From a virus (Duplodnaviria > Caudoviricetes), in IMG/VR virus record IMGVR_UViG_3300048861_000079, positions 22,932-86,931 of that record: a stretch of DNA of 64,000 bases; one strand, written 5' to 3'. This document shows positions 19,372 to 28,653 of this stretch, piece after piece. The notes beneath the pieces are model-generated. The model saw only the letters and a program-made list of their open reading frames with translations, was not told where the DNA came from and ran no database searches. The translations under genes and the position numbers were made by a program. Numbering within the stretch: the first letter of the stretch is position 1; every line of letters starts with the position of its first letter.

Positions 19372-19774
19372 GATCGAGATCGGACTCGACGCCATAAAGG
19401 CAAACCTTTCCGCCCAGGTCGACGCCGAGGCGGGCTTCGTGCGCCAGCGCTTCATCTCCGTCGGCGCCGGCCAGGAGATGGTCTACCAGGCGAAGTTCGA
19501 GGAGGCGCAGCTTATCGTCGCCGACCCGCAGCAGGGCGCGAGCGTTCCGGAATCGGAGACGCCGCACCTGAGCAAGGAGGCCGCGACGAATGGCGTGAGC
19601 CGCTACGACATGGCTGTCGTGGTGCTCACGATCCGTCAGCAGTGGGCGACTGTCTCGCCTCTGATCGAGGACCGCCGGCTGACCACCAAGGCAGCGATCG
19701 ACGCTGCGACGACTGTAGCGGCCGCGCGATTGGCAAAGAACATCGACTGGAGCGACATCGAGGCGCTGGTCTGA
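19361..19774 (+). CDS. tail fibre assembly-like protein
   Basis: VDAEAGFVRQRFI..GQEMVYQAK..EA pattern typical of fibre-associated proteins. Confidence 0.6.
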   Translation: MQFKIEIGLDAIKANLSAQVDAEAGFVRQRFISVGAGQEMVYQAKFEEAQLIVADPQQGASVPESETPHLSKEAATNGVSRYDMAVVVLTIRQQWATVSPLIEDRRLTTKAAIDAATTVAAARLAKNIDWSDIEALV

Positions 19775-19805
19775 CGGTTTTTCTTGCTTGATCTCTCCAT
19801 ATGTA

Positions 19806-19825
19806 GTAAGTAAACACTTACTTAC
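19806..19825. promoter_or_regulatory. 20-bp palindromic operator at the lysis cassette
   Basis: GTAAGTAAACACTTACTTAC. Confidence 0.8.
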
Positions 19826-19845
19826 ATACAACTTCGGAGAGACCT

Positions 19846-20247
19846 ATGGCCTCGCTTCCTGAAATCAAGCTGAATAAGGAGACCATCGGTTTCCTGACTG
19901 GCGCGATCGGCCTGTGTGTCACGATCTTTACTGGTTATAACTACTACCAGTCTGGCCGCGCCGAGAACTCGCCCGTCGTTCAGCAGATCGCCAGCTCCAT
20001 CGCTGAGGTCAGTCGTAACCAGGCGCTCAAGAACCAGGAGCAGGATTCGCGTCTCGATCGCAACGACCGGGACCGCGAGCGCTTCAACACCAATATCAAG
20101 GAGCTGACCGACAAGACGGGTGATCTGACGATCGCCGTCGTCAAGCTCACGACGATCCTGGAAAACTCGCCGACCCGCAAGGCCGATCTGGTTACCCCGA
20201 TCCCGCTGCCCTCGATGCCGCTCGTATCGGTCGAGGCCAAGCGATGA
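19846..20247 (+). CDS. membrane-anchored coiled-coil protein (holin/antiholin-like)
   Basis: One N-terminal TM segment (IGFLTGAIGLCVTIFTGY); first gene of the lysis cassette. Confidence 0.5.
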   Translation: MASLPEIKLNKETIGFLTGAIGLCVTIFTGYNYYQSGRAENSPVVQQIASSIAEVSRNQALKNQEQDSRLDRNDRDRERFNTNIKELTDKTGDLTIAVVKLTTILENSPTRKADLVTPIPLPSMPLVSVEAKR

Positions 20248-20483
20248 TCCGCAACGTTCACCCCGACTGGAAGAAGATCCTGACCCATTCCTACGTGGTC
20301 TGGGCCGGCTACGGTCTCTTCGTTCTCAACGCGCTCGACGCATCCTACTGGTTCTTCCTCGGCTATGCGCCGATCCCGCAGTGGGCCATGGGCCTCGCGT
20401 CCGGCCTGATCGGTCTCGCGATCCCTTACCTGCGCGTGAAGCTCCAGAAGTCCATCTCAGGAGACACGCATGCCGGTGAATAA
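20244..20483 (+). CDS. putative holin
   Basis: 79 aa, two hydrophobic segments, W++...S motif; precedes the endolysin. Confidence 0.65.
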   Translation: MIRNVHPDWKKILTHSYVVWAGYGLFVLNALDASYWFFLGYAPIPQWAMGLASGLIGLAIPYLRVKLQKSISGDTHAGE

Positions 20484-21108
20484 GATCGTCGCAACCAGGC
20501 GCGGCAAGGCAGTGGTCGTTGCTGGCCTTCTGGCCGCGGCCGCATCCGGTTGGCAGGGCTGGATTCAGTCCCACACCGTCACTCCGCAGTCCATTCACCA
20601 GGCAATCGACAAGGGCATCACGCCTCCTGCCGTCGAGATCGCCATTGCTCTTGCCAGCAAGTGGGAAGGCGTGCGCCTGACCGCCTATCTCGACCCGATC
20701 GGCAAGCCGACGGTCTGCAAGGGCGAGACCATGGTCAATGGCAAGCCCGTAAAGCTCGGCATGCACTTCACGCTCGATGAGTGCAACGCCATGCTCAAGA
20801 AGCGGCTGATCCACGATTACTACCTGCCGCTGGTCGACAACGTGAAGGACTTCGTCACGGCGCCGGACAGTGTCCAGGGTGCCGCTCTCGACGTCGCCTA
20901 CAACGTCGGCACGGGTGTCATCACCAGCAAGACCTCGACCGCAGGCAAGGCCATTTCCGCTCACGATTACCAGAAGGCATGCGCCGGCCTCACGCTCTTC
21001 AACCGCGCGGGCGGCAAGGTTCTCCCTGGCCTCGATAACCGCCGGAAGATGGGCGACAAGACCCGCGAGGGCGAAGCCGAGGTCTGCCTCAATACGGAGG
21101 TCAAGTGA
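20470..21108 (+). CDS. GH24 lysozyme endolysin, possible SAR N-terminus
   Basis: EGVRLTAYLDPIGKPT (E-x8-D-x5-T); FNRAGGKVLPGL..RR..E. Confidence 0.9.
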   Translation: MPVNKIVATRRGKAVVVAGLLAAAASGWQGWIQSHTVTPQSIHQAIDKGITPPAVEIAIALASKWEGVRLTAYLDPIGKPTVCKGETMVNGKPVKLGMHFTLDECNAMLKKRLIHDYYLPLVDNVKDFVTAPDSVQGAALDVAYNVGTGVITSKTSTAGKAISAHDYQKACAGLTLFNRAGGKVLPGLDNRRKMGDKTREGEAEVCLNTEVK

Positions 21109-21452
21109 TGCTCAACTTCTTCCCGCCAGGCGTGAAGCTCGCCTTTGCCGTTGGCGCCCTGATCCTGATCGGTCTGGCACTCAACTGGACCTACGACCGG
21201 ATCTACGACCACGGCTACCAGGCCGCGGCCGTCGTCTACGAACAGAAGGCCATCGACCAGAAGGCCGCAAACGATCGGGCTATCACTGCTGCAGACAAGG
21301 GTCTGCGCGAAGACATGGCCGCACTTGCCCTCGACAAGGAGAAGCTCGAAAATGACGTCGCTCGCCTCAACGCTGAAGCCGCTAAGGATCCTGACGCTGC
21401 TTCTGGCGGTGTCAAGCGTAGCAGCGTGCAGCGCCTTAACGCCGTCCGCTAG
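21108..21452 (+). CDS. i-spanin (Rz-like)
   Basis: N-terminal TM plus coiled coil, after the endolysin. Confidence 0.7.
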   Translation: MLNFFPPGVKLAFAVGALILIGLALNWTYDRIYDHGYQAAAVVYEQKAIDQKAANDRAITAADKGLREDMAALALDKEKLENDVARLNAEAAKDPDAASGGVKRSSVQRLNAVR

Positions 21453-21705
21453 GGCGCCGATTGAGCTGCCGGCTCTTCCGGTAGAGCTGACCTGCAAGGC
21501 TGACGGTAAGGACGTCAACGGCAAGCCGTGCGATCCGCCGTGCCCCTATGGCGTGCTGATCCCGGAACGTGACCTTAACCAGGCCGAGACCGAGACCTAC
21601 TGGCTCCGCGACCGCGCAAGCCTGCGCAAGTGCCGGAACGCCCAGACCGCAACCGTGAACTTCTACAAGGCGCTCAGCGACAATCTCCGTTCCCCGGAGA
21701 AGTAA
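21352..21705 (+). CDS. o-spanin lipoprotein (Rz1-like)
   Basis: Signal peptide and lipobox SVAA-C; Pro-rich; overlaps the i-spanin. Confidence 0.7.
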   Translation: MTSLASTLKPLRILTLLLAVSSVAACSALTPSARAPIELPALPVELTCKADGKDVNGKPCDPPCPYGVLIPERDLNQAETETYWLRDRASLRKCRNAQTATVNFYKALSDNLRSPEK

Positions 21706-21773
21706 AGTCCGTCTGTCGTCTAATATAATACAGATATAAGTCTATAATATAGACTACGAAAGGCAGGGAATAC

Positions 21774-23612
21774 GTGCAGGTAAACGTCGAAGAAAGCCGC
21801 TTTGTCGAAGCTTATAACGACCGGGAAACGTATCCCAACCTCACCGATGTCGCCGTCGCACTCGGTCTTTCATATCAGACCGTCCGGAACAGGAGCTCGG
21901 TGCTTCGCGCCAGGCTTCGTGCCGGCGAAGATGTTCCGGTCCTGATCTCTCGCGTAGTCGAGGCAAAGGCCAAGGATCCGGAAGCGCCGAAGAACCACGC
22001 TAACGCGCGCGCCGACATGCTGCGCTATGAGATCGACAAGCTGCTCACCTCGAGCCGCTACCCGGTAACGAACCCGGAAGCCGTCGTCATCGATGCGACC
22101 GTTACCTCCAAGTATGACCGGCTGTCCGGCACCAAGAAGAACGTCGAGGGCACGCCGCGCACCTGGCTTACCGATACGCTGATGGCTGAAGCTGTCGAGG
22201 ATCCGCGCGGCCGCGTCTTCATCCTTTCCGGCGCCCAGAACGACGCCGAGGTTCACGAAGGCTTCTGGGAGAACCTGAAGGCTTACGCGCACTTCCGCGA
22301 TGCGGACATCATCATCGGGCCCGGCACCTATGAAACGCAGTGGTGGTCGGAAAACAATTCAGTTGTTCGCAAGTATGCCGAGGAGATCGAGGAATATCTC
22401 TGCTTCGGTCAGATGAAGATCGGTGAGAACTTTGTCTTCTGCGCCGAGATGAACATGCTGCCGACCGCTAACCGGCCGATCTCGGATCTGACCACCTATA
22501 CGCAGGGCCGCTGGGGCGTCTTTCCGCATTCCAAGATTCAGCTGAAGTCCGTGCCGTCGACCGATCCCGCTCGCCAGGCGCACCAGGTCATGACGACTGG
22601 CCTCGTTACCAAGCCGAAGATCATTCCGCGCAAGGCTGGAATCAAGTCGATCTTCCATCATCAGCTCGCAGCTGTGATCCTGGAATTTGACCATGATGGC
22701 GATCTTTTCTGTCGCCACCTGGTCGCCGACAAGGACGGTTCCTTCTGTGATCTGGAATTCTTCGTTAAGGATGGGGAGGTCGAGATCGATGATGAGCAGG
22801 TCGAGCTCCTGGTTATGGCTGACTTCCACACCGACAAGGAAAGCGCCTCGAGCTTCAATGCCACGTTCCGGGCGCCGAACTCGATTACCCGCTCGCTGAA
22901 GATCCGTCGGGCGATCGCGCACGACATCTTTGACAACTACCGCCGCAATCATCACCACGTCCACGACAACTCCTATTCCTACGAGGTTGCCTATCGCGGC
23001 CGCGAAAGCGTGCTCGAGGAGGTGAGGGGAGTGGCCCGCATTCTTCAGGAGCTCCAGGAGACGGTCGCTATCACGGTGGTCGAGTCCAATCACGATATCG
23101 CCCTGGAGCGCTATATCCGCGAGGGTCGCTATCGCAACGACGGCATCAACATTCGGCTCGGCCTGCAGCTCGAGGATGCCTATCTCGAATACCGCGAGCG
23201 CGCTGCTGATGCGATTGACGCCGGCCGCCCGAGCGAAAGCTTCTCGCTGCTCGAATACGCGGTCAACATGGTCGCGGACAAGGACGGCATCAACGTCAGC
23301 GACGTGGAATGGGTGCATGACGGCTATAGCTACGTCGTGAACGGCGTGGAATGCGGCAACCACGGCTTCCGTGGCGCAAATGGTGCTCGGGGCACGGTCG
23401 CTGGCTTCGCGCAGCTGGGGCGCAAGATGAACATCGGCGACAAGCACTCGCCCGAGATCTGCGATGGCGTCTATGTGTCCGGCGTCATGAACCTCCGCCA
23501 GGGCTACAACAAGGGTCCGAGCGGCTGGGCTGTGACGCACACGATCCAGTATAACAACGGCAAGCGCACCTTGGTTACGATGCAGAACGGAAAGTGGCGT
23601 GCATTTATTTAG
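21774..23612 (+). CDS. N-terminal HTH fused to a calcineurin-like metallophosphoesterase
   Basis: LTDVAVALGLSYQTVRNR; MADFH, HDIFD, ESNHD, NHG, DKHS metal motifs. Confidence 0.7.
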   Translation: MQVNVEESRFVEAYNDRETYPNLTDVAVALGLSYQTVRNRSSVLRARLRAGEDVPVLISRVVEAKAKDPEAPKNHANARADMLRYEIDKLLTSSRYPVTNPEAVVIDATVTSKYDRLSGTKKNVEGTPRTWLTDTLMAEAVEDPRGRVFILSGAQNDAEVHEGFWENLKAYAHFRDADIIIGPGTYETQWWSENNSVVRKYAEEIEEYLCFGQMKIGENFVFCAEMNMLPTANRPISDLTTYTQGRWGVFPHSKIQLKSVPSTDPARQAHQVMTTGLVTKPKIIPRKAGIKSIFHHQLAAVILEFDHDGDLFCRHLVADKDGSFCDLEFFVKDGEVEIDDEQVELLVMADFHTDKESASSFNATFRAPNSITRSLKIRRAIAHDIFDNYRRNHHHVHDNSYSYEVAYRGRESVLEEVRGVARILQELQETVAITVVESNHDIALERYIREGRYRNDGINIRLGLQLEDAYLEYRERAADAIDAGRPSESFSLLEYAVNMVADKDGINVSDVEWVHDGYSYVVNGVECGNHGFRGANGARGTVAGFAQLGRKMNIGDKHSPEICDGVYVSGVMNLRQGYNKGPSGWAVTHTIQYNNGKRTLVTMQNGKWRAFI

Positions 23613-23620
23613 CGGTTGTG

Positions 23621-23640
23621 ATAAGTAAACACTTACTTAT
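23621..23640. promoter_or_regulatory. 20-bp palindromic operator
   Basis: ATAAGTAAACACTTACTTAT. Confidence 0.8.
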
Positions 23641-23657
23641 GTTTTCTGAGGATCGTT

Positions 23658-24017
23658 ATGGCTCCCTACACTTCGTATCTTCGCGGCCGGGCTATCCAGA
23701 CCGGCGCCGACTGGCGCGTCCGCATCAAGGTTGTTTCGCCTGATCTCGAGGCATTCCCGGAGAGCGCCCGCTTCCTGGCGCAAATGCGCGAGACGAATGC
23801 CGATGGTCCGGTCAAGATCGAGATGACGACTGAAAACACCCGCATCACTCGCGTTGACGGACAGACCCTCGATCTGTCGTTGAAGGGCGTGGACTCGGTG
23901 GATTGGCAGGAAGGCGTAGTCGTTCTCGATGTGCTGCGCGTCGACCTGACGAGCCCTGTCCATCTCGGCTTCGACATGAAGATCCCGGTCAAGCGCTCGA
24001 TCACGAGGGTCGCATAA
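23658..24017 (+). CDS. hypothetical fibre-associated protein (119 aa)
   Basis: GAGG RBS; TAATG-coupled to the fibre gene. Confidence 0.6.
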   Translation: MAPYTSYLRGRAIQTGADWRVRIKVVSPDLEAFPESARFLAQMRETNADGPVKIEMTTENTRITRVDGQTLDLSLKGVDSVDWQEGVVVLDVLRVDLTSPVHLGFDMKIPVKRSITRVA

Positions 24018-26266
24018 TGGCCGCCGCTGATATCGTCGTCAACACCTCCACCCTGGATGAGGTCGAGCTGAACTACTCGAATGATTTCGAGGTCACGGTG
24101 CGAAACAACACTGGCGTCGAAGTTTCGCTTTCTTCACAGGGTCCAGCTGGTCCGCAGGGTGAGATCGGCGACGTCACGCCGGCAGCCCTGCAGGCGCTTG
24201 CCGATGCACAGGCTGCGGAGGCCGCCGCCAAGACGGCGCAGACCGCCGCAGAGACCGCTGAGACTGGCGCTGCCGGTTCTGCTTCTGCCGCGGCGACCTC
24301 AGAATCGAACGCGGCGGGCTCGGCGACCACTGCGGGCAACAAGGCGGCGAATGCACTGGCAAGCCAGAATGCTGCCAAGACCTCCGAAACCAATGCAAAG
24401 ACGTCCGAGACGAACGCCAAGACCTCCGAGACGAATGCGGCAAACTCCGCATCTGCTGCAGCTACGTCAAAGACCGGCGCTGACACGGCTAAGTCGGGCG
24501 CCGACGCGGCAAAGGCCGCGGCTGAAACCGCGCGTGACGCCGCGCAGACCGCGCAGACCGACGCAGAAGCCGCTCGCGACGACGCCGAAGGATCCGCGAA
24601 CGCAGCGTCCACCTCAGAAACGAATGCCAGGGCATCCGAGTCCAACGCCGCAACCTCTGAAGACAACGCAAAGACCTCAGAAACGAATGCGGGGACGGCC
24701 AAGACCGCGGCTGAAACTGCTCGCGATGTGGCTCTCCAGGCAAAGATTGGCGCCCTGGCAGCACAGACGGACGCTGAGACGGCGCGAGACGATGCGGTCA
24801 CGCAGAAGACCGCGGCCACGGACGCGGCGACCGAGGCTGGTAGCGCGCGGGATGCCGCCCAGGCAGCTCAGAGCGCCGCTGAGAGCGCGCAGACGGCTGC
24901 TGAGACTGCACAGGGCCTTGCTGAGCAGTCCGCCACGAATGCAGCGGCTTCCGAGGCGGCCGCAGCCGCGAGTGCTGAAGCCGCCGCGTCGATCGGCCCG
25001 GAGAACTATATCCGGCGCGAAAACAACGGCTCTGATTTCACCGACGCGAATGCGACCCGTCAGAACCTTGGCGCAGCACCGCTTGAGCACACCCATCCGG
25101 TGACCGACATCGTTGGTCTGGAAGGCGCGCTGGAGAATATGTTTGCGTCTCCGACGTTCACTGGCACGCCGACCGCACCGACAGCAGCTCCGGGCACCAA
25201 CGATACGCAGATCGCGACGACGGGTTTCGTGCGTGGCGAGCTAAATAGCCTTGTCAACGGCGCTCCTGCTGCGCTCGACACGCTGAAGGAAATCTCCGAC
25301 AAGCTGGCAAACGATGAGAGCGCGGTTACCGCCCTCACGTCTGTCGTCTCCGGCAAGCAGGCAAACCTCGGCTTCACGCCCGTTCAGCAGGGCACTGGTC
25401 CGAGCCAGACGACGAACACGATCGCGATCGGCTACTCCACGGCTCATACGCTGCGGGTAGCCGTTGGGGCGACCGACTTTGCCGATGTCTGGCCGATCAA
25501 CATCAACGGCAATGCGGCAACTGCCACGGCGGCTACCGACTCGAATTCGGTTGGTGGCAAGACGCTCGCGGATATTCAGGCGATGATTGCCGCCGCTACG
25601 CCGACGAACGTAATGCCGAAGTCGGGCGGCCAGTTCTCGGGCGGTATTAGCTTCGTCAATAATGTCGCGTCCTCGCCCACTGACCTGACCAAGCATATTG
25701 CGTTGTGGGGAACGAACTTCGGCTTCAGCATCACGTCGGGCACACTGAATTACGTTTCCAATAGCAATCACGACTTCTACTCCGGCTCAACGAAGGTCGT
25801 GAGTGTCACGGCCACCGGCATGGCGATCGCCGGCACCCTTGCCACCTCTGGCAATATCCAAATCACTGGCACCTCGCCACAGGTTTTGCTCACGAACAGC
25901 AATAACAGCAAGACCCGCTACCTCTATCACGACGGAACGAATATCGGCTTTCTCGGTAGCACGGGAAGTTGGCTTTTCCGAACGGATGATACCGGCGCTC
26001 TTTGGTGTTCCCAGCTCGGTGACATTAATGGTCGCATCGAGAACCGCGCTATTGCCTGGGCGAACGACCGCGTCTCCCAGATCTCTTTCCGGCGCACTGG
26101 TCTAAGCAGCACGGGCGGGACGACGGATACTTCTCTCAGTGGACCCTATGTCGTGTGCGGATATTCACGCGAGAGTGGTAACGCTGGTCAGGTTGCCAGC
26201 CTCTATTACACGATCCTGCAGGGCTACGACCCTGTTCGCGGCTGGTGGAACATCGGAGTATCATAA
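24017..26266 (+). CDS. side tail fibre (lambda Stf-like)
   Basis: A/S/T-rich AKTSETN repeats; SPTFTGTPTAPT...GAPAALDTLKEI motif. Confidence 0.85.
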   Translation: MAAADIVVNTSTLDEVELNYSNDFEVTVRNNTGVEVSLSSQGPAGPQGEIGDVTPAALQALADAQAAEAAAKTAQTAAETAETGAAGSASAAATSESNAAGSATTAGNKAANALASQNAAKTSETNAKTSETNAKTSETNAANSASAAATSKTGADTAKSGADAAKAAAETARDAAQTAQTDAEAARDDAEGSANAASTSETNARASESNAATSEDNAKTSETNAGTAKTAAETARDVALQAKIGALAAQTDAETARDDAVTQKTAATDAATEAGSARDAAQAAQSAAESAQTAAETAQGLAEQSATNAAASEAAAAASAEAAASIGPENYIRRENNGSDFTDANATRQNLGAAPLEHTHPVTDIVGLEGALENMFASPTFTGTPTAPTAAPGTNDTQIATTGFVRGELNSLVNGAPAALDTLKEISDKLANDESAVTALTSVVSGKQANLGFTPVQQGTGPSQTTNTIAIGYSTAHTLRVAVGATDFADVWPININGNAATATAATDSNSVGGKTLADIQAMIAAATPTNVMPKSGGQFSGGISFVNNVASSPTDLTKHIALWGTNFGFSITSGTLNYVSNSNHDFYSGSTKVVSVTATGMAIAGTLATSGNIQITGTSPQVLLTNSNNSKTRYLYHDGTNIGFLGSTGSWLFRTDDTGALWCSQLGDINGRIENRAIAWANDRVSQISFRRTGLSSTGGTTDTSLSGPYVVCGYSRESGNAGQVASLYYTILQGYDPVRGWWNIGVS
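24373..24440 (+). repeat. 21-bp coding tandem repeat (AKTSETN x3)
   Basis: GCCAAGACCTCCGAAACCAAT-like units. Confidence 0.7.
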
Positions 26267-26892
26267 TGGAAAATGTGACGATTGTTGATTTCGGCTACTT
26301 CACCGGCGAGACCGTCGGTGGAGTCTGCTACATGAAGGACGAATCCGGCAATGACTGGTATGAAATGCTCAAGGCGTTAACGACCTGGGACATTCCGACC
26401 GGTGCCTACATCAATGCCGTCTACGGCACGTTCATGACTTACAATAAGGACACCGGCGAGATAGCCCAGATCGAGTTCGACCCGACGCGCATCGTGCCGT
26501 GGTTCCTGGGTCTGATCGCTGTAGACGCCGCATACACCGACTATCCGAAGGATAAGCGCTGGTGCTACCAGAATGGCGTAATCGCTGAATATGTGCCGCC
26601 CGTGGTCATTCCGGTGAAGATCTCCGATCGGCAGTTCTTCCAGCAGCTCGCAAAGATGGCGCTGATTACCCAGCAGGAAGCACTCTCCGCGGTGAAGACT
26701 GGCGACGTGCCGGCAGCCATGATGACCTTTATCAACGCCTTGCCGGCTGATGAACAGTGGGATGCCCAAATGGTTCTCTGTGGCGCGACAGAGTTCGAAC
26801 GCGCCCACCCTCTTGTCGCTGCTTTCGCCGCTGCGCAGGGCATGACCAGTGATCAGACCGACCAGTTGTGGATCAATGCCTCAAAGCTGTAG
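26266..26892 (+). CDS. tail fibre assembly chaperone
   Basis: DESGNDWYE motif; C-terminal ISDRQFFQQL...FER.HPLV...DQLWI.AS. Confidence 0.65.
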   Translation: MENVTIVDFGYFTGETVGGVCYMKDESGNDWYEMLKALTTWDIPTGAYINAVYGTFMTYNKDTGEIAQIEFDPTRIVPWFLGLIAVDAAYTDYPKDKRWCYQNGVIAEYVPPVVIPVKISDRQFFQQLAKMALITQQEALSAVKTGDVPAAMMTFINALPADEQWDAQMVLCGATEFERAHPLVAAFAAAQGMTSDQTDQLWINASKL

Positions 26893-26900
26893 CTTATTTT

Positions 26901-26920
26901 GTAAGTAACCACTTACTTAC
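26901..26920. promoter_or_regulatory. 20-bp palindromic operator
   Basis: GTAAGTAACCACTTACTTAC. Confidence 0.8.
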
Positions 26921-26981
26921 ATTGATGCTTTCAGCTAAAGTGCAGGGGTAAATCGATACCCCTTCACTGGAGTTCCCCGAA

Positions 26982-27737
26982 ATGCCCAAGCCCAAGAGGT
27001 CCGTCGCTCGTGAAACTCGCCGCGACGGCCGTTCGCGTGCGCGCAACGATGCCAAGCTCATTGCTTCCGTCGATCGCTCCCTTCCTGCCGCGCCGCAGCT
27101 CGCCCGCCGCGAGCCTGTCAAGCCGCTCACTCCCGGTCAGAAGCGCTATGACGCCGGCTTCAAGTCGTCTGCGATCATCTTCGGCCTTGGACCGGCCGGC
27201 ACGGGTAAGACCTGGTTTGCCATTCAGCGTGCCGTCGAGGCCTACAAGGCTGGCGAGATCAAGAAGATCTACGTCACGCGGCCGGCGATCGAGGTAGGCG
27301 AGGGCATGGGCTTCCTGCCGGGCGAGCTCGAGGAGAAGTTTGCGCCCTACCTGATTCCGCTCAAGGAAGCCTTTGTCGAGGCGATGGGCTCTGGATCCTA
27401 CGAATATGCGCTGAAGGCTGAGATCATCGAACCTGTGCCGCTCGCCTTCATCCGTGGCCGCACGCTGAAGGATGCCTGGGTCATCGCCGACGAAATGCAG
27501 AACGCTACCAAGGCCGAGTTCAAGGCGTTCCTGACCCGTATCGGCGAGAACGCCAAGTTCGTCGTCAACGGCGACACCTCGCAGATCGATGAGAAGATCG
27601 GAGCAAAGTCCGGCCTGGAGGATGCGGTCAAGCGCATTGGCAACCACAGCCAGGTCTCGGTTGTCCGCTTCACGCGCGCCGAGGTCGTTCGTTCCGGGCT
27701 CTGCCAGGACATGGTCGAGGCATACGAGGGCGCTTAG
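26982..27737 (+). CDS. phoH: PhoH-family ATPase
   Basis: GPAGTGKT, RPAIE, GFLPG, RGRT, DEMQN, GD..Q.D. Confidence 0.95.
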   Translation: MPKPKRSVARETRRDGRSRARNDAKLIASVDRSLPAAPQLARREPVKPLTPGQKRYDAGFKSSAIIFGLGPAGTGKTWFAIQRAVEAYKAGEIKKIYVTRPAIEVGEGMGFLPGELEEKFAPYLIPLKEAFVEAMGSGSYEYALKAEIIEPVPLAFIRGRTLKDAWVIADEMQNATKAEFKAFLTRIGENAKFVVNGDTSQIDEKIGAKSGLEDAVKRIGNHSQVSVVRFTRAEVVRSGLCQDMVEAYEGA

Positions 27738-27768
27738 GCGCCCTTTTTAACCCAATCCTGAAATGCGC

Positions 27769-27793
27769 TTTGCCATGCACGCTGACGCTATAA
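27769..27793 (+). promoter_or_regulatory. class-II promoter (variant)
   Basis: TTTGCC-N12-GCTATAA. Confidence 0.5.
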
Positions 27794-27807
27794 CGCAAGT
27801 AACAGCA

Positions 27808-28554
27808 ATGAATGAAGATCAGGACATGCACATTAACGCCGCCTTTTCGACCGAGCTAGACGCTCCGCGCGTGGACACGCTGGAGAACGACTTCTACGCT
27901 TCGTCGGTCATCCCGAAGAAGTATGCCGATTGGGATCTGGAGCTCTTCCAGACCAAGTGGTTCGACTACCGGATGATGACTCCGCTGCAGGCGACAAAGG
28001 CTTACATCGATGCGTATGTCGGCGTCTATCGCCGGATCTTTGCCCGCGAGTTCGATCATGAGCGGGCGCAATATATCACCCCGCTCAACTTCGACAGCCT
28101 GCGCGCCGGCATCCTGCAGGGCAGAACCAGGGACAAGACCAAGTTCGTCGGCGCCTGGCACGGCCGCCAGATCGCTGATGCGCTTGGAATGCCCTATGCC
28201 GAATATATCGACGCGGTCATGACCCAGCGGATGCGCCGTTGGAAGCAGAATTATATGCCGCAGCCGCAGCACCTCTATCACGAATACGATGTCGAGAAGG
28301 CGCAGGAGAAGTGGGAGGAGATGAAGCTCGGCCGGCTCTATGTGGCCGAGCATCACGCCTACCTGGTCCAGAACTACGAGGGCGCAGCTCACCAGGACCA
28401 GTATCACGAATACCTATTCATGATGGCGGAGAAGCGCAACAACCCGGCGATGGTGCTTGCGCAGTGCATCGACAACGACCAGCTCCCGCCGGAAAAGGTC
28501 TTCCATCGGGTCGGCTCCGAGCAATACGAGCGCGTCGAGCGTCACCTGAGCTAA
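27808..28554 (+). CDS. hypothetical replication-cluster protein upstream of helicase
   Basis: KWFDYRMMTP; start chosen downstream of the promoter motif. Confidence 0.65.
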   Translation: MNEDQDMHINAAFSTELDAPRVDTLENDFYASSVIPKKYADWDLELFQTKWFDYRMMTPLQATKAYIDAYVGVYRRIFAREFDHERAQYITPLNFDSLRAGILQGRTRDKTKFVGAWHGRQIADALGMPYAEYIDAVMTQRMRRWKQNYMPQPQHLYHEYDVEKAQEKWEEMKLGRLYVAEHHAYLVQNYEGAAHQDQYHEYLFMMAEKRNNPAMVLAQCIDNDQLPPEKVFHRVGSEQYERVERHLS

Positions 28555-28576
28555 TCCAAGTCGCTTCGCGCTATAA
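28554..28576 (+). promoter_or_regulatory. class-II promoter
   Basis: ATCC-N12-GCTATAA. Confidence 0.55.
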
Positions 28577-28611
28577 CGACAAACGAGAGCGCAAATTATT
28601 TGCACAAACTT

Positions 28612-28631
28612 GTAAGTAAATGCTTACTTAC
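28612..28631. promoter_or_regulatory. 20-bp palindromic operator
   Basis: GTAAGTAAATGCTTACTTAC. Confidence 0.8.
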
Positions 28632-28653
28632 CTTTGAGTGAGAAGGAGCTACT

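Noticed and set aside
21740-21754. Palindrome as an NrdR box or a protelomerase/lox site
   Set aside because: One base longer than the NrdR core and not next to nrd genes; far too short for a telomere-resolution palindrome.
18480-26266. Diversity-generating retroelement or invertase acting on J or the fibre tip
   Set aside because: No reverse transcriptase, template/variable repeat pair, invertase or flanking inverted repeats seen in the window.
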